The notes under the pieces: generated by a model
Database searches by the model: none
What the model saw: only the letters and a program-made list of their open reading frames with translations
Told to the model about the DNA's origin: nothing
Origin: Methylorubrum extorquens
GTDB lineage: Bacteria; Pseudomonadota; Alphaproteobacteria; Rhizobiales; Beijerinckiaceae
Assembly: GCA_900234795.1 (NCBI GenBank)
Contig: LT962688.1
Coordinates: 690,001-722,000, forward strand
DNA length: 32,000 nt
Reading direction: 5' to 3'
Translations under genes and position numbers: made by a program
In this document: piece after piece, positions 8,659 through 17,700 of the stretch
Layout: each line of letters begins with the position of its first letter
Position numbering within the stretch: the first letter of the stretch is position 1

Positions 8659-8852
8659 GAGCGGAACGCATCGCGTTCTGAAGGTTCGACCGGGTTACGG
8701 AGGGAGGGCGCGGACCAATCGCGCCTTTCCGCCCCCATGTGTCCTTCCCTTTTCCTCCGCGCACCCAACCTTCTCACATTGCCGACACCGTCGTCTGCAA
8801 CCGCGCATTGTTCGCGCGTGAGCCCCCATTTCGGGAACCCAGAGACGACCGC

Positions 8853-9998
8853 ATGACCGAGATCTCACCGGAGGTTCTGGACCTCCGGTTGCGCCAGCAG
8901 GCGATCCTGTCCGATTTCGGCGTCGAGGCCCTGCGCGCAACCGAACTGCTGCCACTGCTGCAGCGGGCAACCGAACTCTGCGCCGAGGGCATGAACGCGC
9001 AGTTCTGTAAGGCACTCGAATATCAGCCGACGCAGGACATGCTTCTCGTCTGCGCCGGCATCGGTTGGGAGCCGGATTGCATCGGGCGCGCCGTCGTCGG
9101 CGCCGACCTCGCCTCGCCCGCGGGCTACGCCTTGAAGACGGGCCGCCCCGTCATCTCCAACCATCTGGAGAACGAGACCCGCTTCCGCACGCCGGAACTG
9201 ATGGCGAGCCACGGCATCCGCCGGGCGGTGAACGTGCTCATCACCAACCGCGAGGGGCATTACGGCGTCCTGGAGGTAGACGACACCCGCGAGGGTATGT
9301 TCGGCCCCGCCGACATCGCCTTCATGCAGGGCTTTGCCAACCTGCTCGGCAGCGCGATCGAGCGTCAGCGCTCGGAGGCGCAGCTCAAGGTCGCCCTGGA
9401 GCGGCAGGACCTGCTGAGCCGCGAGATGAGCCACCGGGTCAAGAACAGCCTCGCCGTGGTCGCGGGGCTTCTCGCGCTCCAGGCGCGCGGCACCGACAAC
9501 GAGGACGTGAAAAGCGCTCTCGCCGACGCCCGCGCCCGCGTCGAGGCGGTGGCCCAGGTTCACGATCAGCTCTGGCGTCAGCCGGATCTCACACGCATCG
9601 ACGTTGCCGGCTTCCTCGAAGCCTTATGCGAGAAGCTCACGGAGACGGCGGGCGCCCATGCTTTGATCTGCCGCGCAGCGGCCGTGACCATGCCGGCCGA
9701 TCTCGCAATTCCCCTCGGCCTGTTCGTGAACGAACTCGTCACCAACGCGATCAAATACGCCTATCCCGACGGACACGGCGAGATACGCGTCGAAGCCGTC
9801 ATGCGCGAGGATGGCGGGCTTACCGTTTCGGTCTGCGACGACGGCATCGGCCTGCCGCCGGGCTTCGACCCGCTGAAAACCCGCGCGAGCCTCGGGATGC
9901 GCGTCGTCGGCAATCTGTCCCGACAACTCGACGGCACGCTGACGCTGAGGCCGGGCAAGGGCGCCCAATTCGAGCTACGGATGGCGCCGCGCGGTTGA
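8853..9998 (+). CDS. GAF-domain sensor histidine kinase, HisKA_2-type, soluble
   Basis: H-box EMSHRVKNSLAVVAGLL, N-box NELVTNAIKYAYP and G1 box DDGIGLP. The N-terminal half is GAF-like. No TM segments and no adjacent response regulator. Start at ATG 8853. Confidence 0.85.
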   Translation: MTEISPEVLDLRLRQQAILSDFGVEALRATELLPLLQRATELCAEGMNAQFCKALEYQPTQDMLLVCAGIGWEPDCIGRAVVGADLASPAGYALKTGRPVISNHLENETRFRTPELMASHGIRRAVNVLITNREGHYGVLEVDDTREGMFGPADIAFMQGFANLLGSAIERQRSEAQLKVALERQDLLSREMSHRVKNSLAVVAGLLALQARGTDNEDVKSALADARARVEAVAQVHDQLWRQPDLTRIDVAGFLEALCEKLTETAGAHALICRAAAVTMPADLAIPLGLFVNELVTNAIKYAYPDGHGEIRVEAVMREDGGLTVSVCDDGIGLPPGFDPLKTRASLGMRVVGNLSRQLDGTLTLRPGKGAQFELRMAPRG

Positions 9999-10030
9999 AC
10001 CGGGACCGGTAAGGGAGCCGGCCCCGGTTC
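9997..10030. terminator. bidirectional hairpin between convergent genes
   Basis: GAACCGGG...CCCGGTTC, an 8-bp outer stem with inner pairing. It begins within the kinase stop codon and ends 13 nt before the stop of the minus-strand gene. Confidence 0.5.
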
Positions 10031-10042
10031 ACGCTTCGAGGA

Positions 10043-10315
10043 TCAGTTGCCCCCGGCGCTGCCGCTTCCGCCGCCGCCGCTGCCCTGGGGCACCGCACGC
10101 GAGGGCTGGTTAGCATTGCCGCCGGCCGCCGAATTGGTCTGCACCGTGTCCGCCCCGGTGCTGCCGCGCGGAATGGTGACGTTCGTATCGGCGCCCGTGT
10201 TGTTCTGGCCACCCGACACGGGGGCACCGGACTGAGGCGCCGTCGGTGCCGTGGTCTGGGCGAAGGCCGGGCCGGCGAAGGCCGCAAGCGTCGCGGCCAG
10301 GATTAGAGTTCGCAT
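10043..10315 (-). CDS. small secreted Gly/Thr/Asn-rich protein (90 aa)
   Basis: ATG 10315 with GAGGA upstream. Signal peptide MRTLILAATLAAFAGPAFA|Q. The mature part is low-complexity and ends GGGGSGSAGGN. Confidence 0.6.
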   Translation of the reverse strand: MRTLILAATLAAFAGPAFAQTTAPTAPQSGAPVSGGQNNTGADTNVTIPRGSTGADTVQTNSAAGGNANQPSRAVPQGSGGGGSGSAGGN

Positions 10316-10505
10316 CAAGTCCTCACGTATCGAGTGATTGGACCGCCGTTCGGGTGCCCGTCGAGCAGGCCGGCGGTCGGTCTGTGATGGAAGAACCACG
10401 CAAACGGATGTTGGGTCCGAGAAAGTCGTGCGGCCAAAGCGCTTTCGCCGTTCGACAGGATCGCCGCTCCGCCGTAACCAGGAAGCGCAGCACGGGAGAA
10501 GCAGA

Positions 10506-12344
10506 GTGACACGCCGCACGAAGACGCTTGCCGAGCGCCGGAGCACGCATCCGAATCCGGGGCGCGCCGGCCTCGCCGCCCTGCTGTTCGTTGCGGCGAA
10601 CCTTCTGCCGACGGTGCCTGGCTTCGCGCAGGAGACCGCCCGGCCGTCCGGCGACTGGCCGGCCTTCGGGCGCGATGCCAGCAACACCCATCATTCGCCG
10701 CTGGCGCAGATCGACCGCGGCAATGTCGGCCGCCTGCGCCCGGCCTGGATCTTCCAGACCGGCGTCACCGGCACCTTCCAGGCCGAGCCTGTGGTGATCG
10801 AGGGCGTGATGTACGTCTCGACCACGGGCAACCACGTCGCAGCGCTGGACGCGAAATCCGGCAAGACGCTGTGGACCTACACCCACAAGGCGCGCACGGA
10901 GAAGATCTTCGGGCCGCCCTCGAACCGGGGCGTGGCGGTCGCGGGCGGCCTCGTCTTCGAGGCGACCATGGATGGGCGCGTCATCGCGCTGGACGCGAAG
11001 ACCGGCCGGCTGGTCTGGGACCGCGAGGCGGTGCGGCCGGAGGAGGGCGAGTCCGAGACCGCCTCGGCGCTCGCGGCGAGCCTGGGCGACAAGCCGGTCC
11101 AGGGTTCGAGCCGCCTCGGCTTCAAGATGCCGCCGCTAGTGGCCGACGGCCTCGTCATCGTCGGCGTGACGGGGGCAGGCTACGGCCTCCATGTCGAGGA
11201 CGAAAAGGGCGGGCTCGACGGCGGCGCGGTGGTCGGGATCGAGGGCGGCTACGGCCGACGCGGCTGGCTCGCCGCCTACGATGCGAAGACCGGTGAGGAG
11301 CGCTGGCGCTGGTACGTCACCAAGGCCGATGGCTGGGAGGGCGGCTTCGTCGAGAAGACCGCGGACGGCCTCCCGCTCCACCGCGACATCGCCGCGGAGA
11401 AGGCCGCAGCCCCTGAGCACCGGGAAGCCTGGAAGGTCGGCGGCGGCTCGCTCTGGATGACGCCGGCCTACGATGCCGAGCTCGGTCTGATCTATCTCGG
11501 CACCGGCAATCCGGCGCCGCAGAATTTCGGCCTGACGCGCCCCGGCGACAACCTCTACACGATGAGCCTCGTGGCGCTCGATGTGAAGACCGGCAGCTTG
11601 CGCTGGCACTTCCAGCAGGTGCCGCACGAGCAGTGGGGCTACGACGTGGCGAGCCCGCCCTTCCTTCTCGACTATCCGACCGAGAAGGGCCCGGTGAAGG
11701 CGGTGGCGCAGGCGAGCAAGCTCGGCTGGATCTACGTCCACGACCGCGCCGACGGGCGCCTCATCGCCAAATCCGCCCCGCTCATCACCCACAAGAACCT
11801 GTTCGTGCCCCCGAGCCCGGAAGGCACGGTGGTCAGCCCTGGCCCCCTCGGAGCGGTCTCCTGGCATCCGGTGGCCTACGACGCGGGCAGCGGGCTCGCC
11901 TTCGCCCAGGTGCGGCACGGGGCGGCGACCTACACGGTGAAGACCGCGCCGGCCGCTGGCGGACGCGGCGAGATCCGCTACACCGAGACGGGAGAGGCGA
12001 AGGGCGAGCCGACCTTCTCGACGCTGACGGCGGTCGATCTCGCGCAGGGCGGGGCGGTGGCATGGTCGCGTAAGGCCGGAAGCCGATTGTCCGGCGGCAC
12101 CCTGGCCACCGCGGGCGGCCTCGTCTTCTCGGGCGAGGAGGACGGCCATCTCGACGCGCACGACGCGAAGACCGGCGAGATCCTCTGGCGCTTCCAGTGC
12201 GGGGCGGGGATCGGCGGACCGCCGGTCACCTACACCGTCGAGGTCCGCCAATACGTGGCGGTCGCCGCGGGCGGCGCCTCCTTCACCAAGGGGTCGGGCT
12301 TCGGCACGGGCGACGCGCTCGTGGTGTTCGCGCTGCCCGAGTAG
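10506..12344 (+). CDS. PQQ-dependent dehydrogenase-like beta-propeller protein, periplasmic, divergent
   Basis: GTG 10506 after GGGAGA. Signal peptide ending PGFA|QE. Quinoprotein blocks: WPAFGRDASNTHHSPL, EPVVIEGVMYVST, ALDAKSGKTLWTY, YLGTGNPAPQNFGLTRPGDNLYTMSLVALDVKTGSLRWHFQQVPHEQWGYD. Confidence 0.85.
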   Translation: MTRRTKTLAERRSTHPNPGRAGLAALLFVAANLLPTVPGFAQETARPSGDWPAFGRDASNTHHSPLAQIDRGNVGRLRPAWIFQTGVTGTFQAEPVVIEGVMYVSTTGNHVAALDAKSGKTLWTYTHKARTEKIFGPPSNRGVAVAGGLVFEATMDGRVIALDAKTGRLVWDREAVRPEEGESETASALAASLGDKPVQGSSRLGFKMPPLVADGLVIVGVTGAGYGLHVEDEKGGLDGGAVVGIEGGYGRRGWLAAYDAKTGEERWRWYVTKADGWEGGFVEKTADGLPLHRDIAAEKAAAPEHREAWKVGGGSLWMTPAYDAELGLIYLGTGNPAPQNFGLTRPGDNLYTMSLVALDVKTGSLRWHFQQVPHEQWGYDVASPPFLLDYPTEKGPVKAVAQASKLGWIYVHDRADGRLIAKSAPLITHKNLFVPPSPEGTVVSPGPLGAVSWHPVAYDAGSGLAFAQVRHGAATYTVKTAPAAGGRGEIRYTETGEAKGEPTFSTLTAVDLAQGGAVAWSRKAGSRLSGGTLATAGGLVFSGEEDGHLDAHDAKTGEILWRFQCGAGIGGPPVTYTVEVRQYVAVAAGGASFTKGSGFGTGDALVVFALPE

Positions 12345-12356
12345 CGGGCCCGCGCC

Positions 12357-12878
12357 TCACTCCGCCGCGTCGGGCTCCTCGTCCCCGTCATCCGGCTCGT
12401 GCGCGTCCGCCTCGTCCTCCCGCGTTTCGTCGGAGGCAGGGCGGGGTGTTCCGGCCGCGTAGAAGTCGCCGCGGCGCACCGCCTCGCCGCTATTGGCCAT
12501 GACGCTGAGATAGGTGTTGAGCGTGTTGGGCGCGACATCGGGCAGGCGCCGCGCGATCTCGGCATGTGACAAGCCCTGCGGCCCGGCCTCCTCCAGGAGA
12601 GCCTTCAGCCGCCCCTTGGCCGAGTTGGCCCGCGGTCCGCGGCTGCCCCGTCCGCCGCCGCGGGTCGAACGCGCCTCACCGGGAAACGCCGGTGCGACTG
12701 CGCCGCGCCCGCTCGCGACCGCCTCCAAGGGGCCACCCTCCACGATGGAAGCGAGGGACTTCTCCGCGGCCCGGAGCTTGGTCAGCTCCCCGGAGACGCG
12801 GTCGTACTCAGCCTGGAGATCGGTCATCCGCTGCCGGACATCGGCCAGGGCCTTGGCCAGCGTATCGCCTTCGGACAT
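12357..12878 (-). CDS. hypothetical protein: coiled coil, Arg/Gly linker, HTH-like module, acidic tail
   Basis: ATG 12878 and strong G/C third-position bias throughout. N-terminal heptad-like region (LADVRQRMTDLQAEYDRVSGELTKLRAAEKSL), an RGGGRGSRGPR linker, an LSHAEIARRL...NTLNTYLSVMANSGEAVRRG block, and a D/E-rich C-terminus. Confidence 0.6.
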   Translation of the reverse strand: MSEGDTLAKALADVRQRMTDLQAEYDRVSGELTKLRAAEKSLASIVEGGPLEAVASGRGAVAPAFPGEARSTRGGGRGSRGPRANSAKGRLKALLEEAGPQGLSHAEIARRLPDVAPNTLNTYLSVMANSGEAVRRGDFYAAGTPRPASDETREDEADAHEPDDGDEEPDAAE

Positions 12879-12978
12879 GACGGATTCTCAACCCCAACGG
12901 GACGCAATGGGGCCTACAGCCACAGCCGGCCCCTCGCGTCAACAGGACCGGGTTCGCAGACCGGTTCCGGTGTGAGCC

Positions 12979-13403
12979 TCAGCTGCCGGCAGGGCGGGTC
13001 GGCGGCGGCAGGAGCTTGCCCGACTGGTAACCCATCGGATGCGGCTTCGGCGGCGGCGCGTCCGGATTCTTCTGCCAGCCCTTCCGGCCCTCGGCGAGGC
13101 CGCACTCGACGAAATGCACGAGCGGATTGCAGCCGCTCTCTCGCGCACGTCCGGATTGGCCTTCAGGTAGCCCTCGCCGCTGAACCCGGCGCTCGGGTCA
13201 CGGCCCTCGCGCCAGCCGTAATGGATGTAGTGGACCAGCGGCCCCTGCGGAAACGCGCGCACATCCGGATACCAGTACAGGTAATAGATCGGATCGAAGC
13301 CCGGCAGCGGGGTGCGAACGATGGACGACGGCGCTCGCCGCGTCGTCAGGGCCGACAGACTCGGCTTCTTCAGGAACTTCTTTACCGCGCGCACGGCTCT
13401 CAA
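12979..13403 (-). pseudogene. tandem 'PDV..PLVH[YF]..G..EGR' repeat protein, apparently frameshifted
   Basis: Frame 1 gives FDPIYYLYWYPDVRAFPQGPLVHYIHYGWREGRDPS...YLKANPDVRE. The second repeat continues only in another frame (SGCNPLVHFVECGLAEGRKGW..., stop at 12979..12981). The switch maps to (TC)3 at 13136..13142. The N-terminal start (TTG 13403 or a nearby GTG) is uncertain. Confidence 0.45.
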
Positions 13404-13630
13404 CGACTCTTTTGGACAGGTCAGCTGTCATCGGCGGATTGCGCCGGCCTGTCCAGTACCGGCGGGTGACATCGGGCGCGCAGAACCGTTCGACGCGCCG
13501 ACAGGGCGCGTCTCCCGCCGCTGTCCCGTTCCAAGCGGACCAAGCCACAAGAACCCGGTAGACCACGCTGAACAAACCGGGCAAAAGTGGCAAATCGCGC
13601 AGAGAACGCGAGGGTTGTGGAGGCGTGGTG

Positions 13631-13864
13631 ATGCGGCGGGTCGTCCTGCCCGTGGGGCTGGCGCTCGGCGCGGGTGCGCTCGGTGCGCTCACGCTGACAG
13701 AAGCCGGCATCGGCCTGCGCGTGAAGGCCGGCCCCATCCTCTCGGACCTGCATGATCGATTTTCCGGGGTGACGACGCCCGCGGCGCATCAGCCGCCGAC
13801 TGCACCGAGCCCCCCCCGCCCTCGCGGGTCGCGGTGGAAGGCGGTCAGGCCGTCGTACGGCTGA
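13631..13864 (+). other. N-terminal signal-anchor fragment of the RND adaptor, in a different frame from the body
   Basis: GGAGG then ATG 13631. MRRVVLPVGLALGAGALGALTL is a typical adaptor membrane anchor, followed by a Pro-rich linker. The frame terminates at 13864 after the C8 run at 13810..13817. Confidence 0.55.
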
Positions 13865-14739
13865 CTGATGCGGAGCAGGCGCGGATCGGCGTCGCGACGG
13901 CGCGCCATAAGCGGATGCCCCACCGCATCGAGGTCCAGGCCTTCGGCTCGGTCCTCGATCTCGCGCGGGTCACGGAACTTACCAACAGCTACGCCAGCGC
14001 CAGGGCGCAGTTGCAGACCGCCGAAGCCAAGGCGGAAGTCTCGCGCGCCGCCTACACCCGGGCGCGCAGCCTCGGCCAGTACGCGACGCAGGTGCAGCTG
14101 GAGACGGCCGAGGGCACCTTCCGCACCGACGAGGCGGCGCTCGCCGCGGCGCAGTCGCAGGTCCGGACGCTCGCGGCCACCGCGCAGCAGGAATGGGGCA
14201 CGGTGATCGGGCGGGCCATCATCGAGCGCTCGCCCGCCATCACCCGGCTGATCGAGCGCACCGACTTCCTGGTGCAGGTGACGCTGCCGCCCGGCGAGAC
14301 CCTGAGGGCGCCGCCCGGCACGGCCCATGCCGAGGTGCCGCCGCAGAGCGAGCGCGTCGCCCTGCGCTACGTCTCGCCCGCGACCCGGACCGACCAGCGC
14401 ATCCAGGGCGTCAGCTACTTCTACACCGTGGCCGGCAATAGCGGACTCCTGCCGGGCATGAGCACGCTCGCCTTCCTGACCTCGGAGCGCGAGACGACGG
14501 GCATCGCCGTGCCGGAAAGCGCCGTGGTGCATTGGCAGGGCGGCGCCTGGATCTACCGGAGCGTCGGCGACGACGCCTTTGCGCGCCATCCCCTCCGGGC
14601 CGACGCGCCGATCTCGGCCGACGCCTACGTCGTGGACGATCTCGGCGCGGAGGCGGAGATCGTCGTGACCGGGCCGCAGGCGGTGCTCTCCGAGGAGATG
14701 AAGGGGCAGATCCAGTCCTCGGATGCGGACGACGATTGA
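13834..14739 (+). CDS. efflux RND transporter periplasmic adaptor subunit (body; lacks its own signal sequence as written)
   Basis: Adaptor-like sequence: VVRLTDAEQARIGVATA, a coiled-coil hairpin region (AQLQTAEAKAEVSRAAYTRA...), and beta-barrel/MP-like regions. Its stop lies 2 nt before the pump start. The frame is open from 13756, but its only start codon is GTG 13834. Confidence 0.8.
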   Translation: MEGGQAVVRLTDAEQARIGVATARHKRMPHRIEVQAFGSVLDLARVTELTNSYASARAQLQTAEAKAEVSRAAYTRARSLGQYATQVQLETAEGTFRTDEAALAAAQSQVRTLAATAQQEWGTVIGRAIIERSPAITRLIERTDFLVQVTLPPGETLRAPPGTAHAEVPPQSERVALRYVSPATRTDQRIQGVSYFYTVAGNSGLLPGMSTLAFLTSERETTGIAVPESAVVHWQGGAWIYRSVGDDAFARHPLRADAPISADAYVVDDLGAEAEIVVTGPQAVLSEEMKGQIQSSDADDD

Positions 14740-14741
14740 GC

Positions 14742-17700
14742 ATGCTCGACCAACGGCCCGCACGCGGACCGGCGCGCGACGATCCGCCGGGCCCGCCTCC
14801 GGCGGCCCTCTCCCCTGCGCCCCTGACCTTGGGCCCTCAGGCCGCCTTGGTCGCCTTCGCGGTGCGCCGGCCCGGTATCGTCCTGGCGCTGGTCCTGGCG
14901 CTCGCCGTCTACGGCATCGTCGCCTTGGGTTCGGCCAAATACGACGTCTTCCCGGAATTCGCTCCGCCCACGGTGACGGTGCAGACCGAGGCGCCCGGCC
15001 TCAACCCCGAGCAGGTCGAGACCCTGGTGACGCAGACGCTGGAGGTCGCGATCAGCGGCCTGCCAGGACTGGCGACGATGCGCTCGAACTCGATCCAGGG
15101 CCTCTCGGTCATCACCGCCACCTTCGCCTCCGGCAGCGACATCTACCGGGCGCGCCAGCTCGTGAACGAGCGCCTGGCCTCCATCACCGCGCGGTTGCCG
15201 CAGGGCGTGCTGCCCCCCACCATGACGGCGCTGACCTCCTCGACGAGTTCGGTGCTCCTCATCGGCCTGACCTCCCCGACGCAGTCGCTGATGGAGCTGC
15301 GCACGGTGGCCGATTGGCGCCTGCGCCTGCGCCTGCTCGCCGCCCCCGGCGTCGGCGAGGTGCTGGTCTATGGCGGCGATCTCCGCTCAATCCGCATCCA
15401 GGTCCGGCCGCAGGATCTGGTGCGCTTCCGCATCGGCCTGAACGACGTGCTCTCGGCCGGCCGCAAGGCGACGGGCGTGCGCGGGGCTGGCTTCGTCGAT
15501 ACCGTCAACCAGCGCATCACCCTGCAGACCGAGGGGCAATCCCTGACCCCGGAGGCGGTGGCGCGCACCGTGCTCATCAACGAGGGCGGGGCGAGCGTGG
15601 TGCTCGGCGACGTCGCCGACGTGGCGGTGGCGCCGGAACCGGCGATCAGCGCGGCCCTCGTCGATGGCAAACCGGGCGTGCTGCTGATGGTCGGCGCGCA
15701 ATACGGCGCCAACACCCTCGACGTGACGGCCGGCGTCGAGGCGGCGATCGCCGAGATGCGCCCCGGGCTGGAACGCGACGGCACCACCCTGCGCACCGAC
15801 CTGTTCCGTCCGGCGAGCTTCGTCACGCAAGCCACCGACAACGTGGTCCAGGCGCTGGCACTCGGCGGCATCCTCGTCGTCGTGGTGCTGTTCGTTTTCC
15901 TGGCAGACTGGCGCACGGCGCTGATCAGCGCCACGGCAATCCCGCTCTCGCTGATCGGCGCGGTGCTGATGCTCGGTCTGTTCGGACAGAGCCTCAACAC
16001 CATGACGCTGGGCGGCCTCGCCATCGCCATCGGCGAAGTGGTCGATGACGCGGTGATCGGCGTCGAGAACGTCATACGCCGCCTGCGCGAGAACCGCCGC
16101 GCCGCCGCGCCCTTACCCGGCGCGCGGGTGGTGCTCGACGCGATCCTGGAAGTGCGCGTCTCGGTCGCCTACGCCACCTTCGCGGTGCTGCTCGTATTCC
16201 TGCCGGTCCTGGCGCTGACCGGCGTGCCTGGCCGCCTGTTCGGCCCGTTGGCGCTGGCCTACATCCTCGCCGTGCTGACCTCACTCGCCGTGGCGCTGAC
16301 GGTCACACCCGCGCTGGCCCGCCTGCTGCTCGCGGGGCGCACGAATTTGTCGAGCCGCGAGCCGCCGGTGAGCCGCCGGGTGCGGGGCGTCTATATCAGC
16401 GGGCTCGCGCGGCTCAACCGTCACCCGCGTCTCGTCTTCGGGACCAGCCTCGCCCTGACGCTCGTAGCAGCCCTGCCGGTGCCGTTCTTCGGCGGCGTGT
16501 TCCTGCCGGACCTCAAGGAGGGGCATCTCATCCTGCACATGGCCTCGGCCCCCGGCACCTCCCTTCAGGAGACGCTGCGGCTCGGCGAGCGCATCACGGC
16601 GGGGCTGAAGGCGGTGCCCGGCGTGCGCGCGGTGGCCCAGCAGGTCGGGCGCGCCGAGGCAGGCTACGATCTCGGCGGCACGCATGACAGCGAGATCCAT
16701 ATCGACCTCGAACCGGGCCTCGACGGGGAGGGGCAGGAGCGGGCGGAGGCCGGCATCCGCGCACTGATGGCGGCGACGCCCGGCGCGAGCTTCTCGCTCA
16801 AGACCTTCCTGACCGAGCGCATCGAGGAGGTCGTCTCAGGGTTCACCGCGCCGGTCGTGATCAGCGTCACCGGCACGAATCTCGACCGGATCGAGGCCAC
16901 CGCCCGCGACGTGTCGCGCGAACTCGCCGAGGTGCGCGGCGCGGCCGACGTCCAGCTCAAGTCGCCGCCGGGCCTGCCGCAGGTCAATGTGAGCCTGCGC
17001 CCGACCGACCTGCGCCACTGGGGCCTCGACGCGATCGAAGTCCTGGAGATCGTGCGCACGGCCTATCAGGGCGACATCGTCGGCCAAGCCTACGAGGGCA
17101 ACGCCGTGTTCAACGTCGTCGTGGTGCTCGAACCGATCGTGCGCACGCGCCTCTCAACGCTCGGCAACCTGCCGCTGCGCACGCCGAGCGGCAGCTATAT
17201 CCGGCTCGCCCAGGTCGCCGACATCTACGAGACCGCCGGCCGCTACACCGTCGGCCATATCGGCGCGCAGCGGGTGCGGATCGTGACCGCGAACGTGGAG
17301 GGGCGCGACGTCGCCTCCTTCACCGAGGCCGCGAAACGCAAGATCGCCCGCGAGGTCGCGCAGCCCTCGGGCATCGATATCGGATTCGGGGGGGCGGCCG
17401 AGACGCAGGCCAAAGCGCGGCGCGAACTCGCGCTCTATGCAGGATTGGCCGGTCTCGGGATCGTGCTCCTGCTCCTCGTCGTGACGGGCTCGTTGACCAA
17501 TCTCGCCCTCGTCCTCGTCAATCTGCCCTTCGCCTTCGTCGGCGGCGTGCTGGCGGTGGCCTTGAGCGGCGCGGTGATCTCGCTGGGCTCGATCGTCGGC
17601 TTCGTGACCCTGTTCGGTATCTCGCTGCGCAACACCATCATGATGGTTGCGCATTACGAGCATCTGGTGCTGGTGGAAGGGCGGCCCTGGAACCTCGCGG

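Noticed and set aside
12345-12354. Perfect palindrome GCGGGCCCGC filling the 12-nt gap between two convergent stop codons.
   Set aside because: A 5-bp stem with no loop cannot form a useful terminator hairpin. It is probably a fortuitous GC palindrome, noted only in passing under the neighbouring gene.
13198-13737. A 179-aa minus-strand ORF overlapping the spacer upstream of the RND adaptor and the 5' end of the repeat gene.
   Set aside because: Pro/Arg/Ser-rich with no motifs. It overlaps the better-supported repeat-gene frame. Only its short MTADLSKRVVES segment might relate to the N-terminus of the neighbouring disrupted gene, and that cannot be resolved here.
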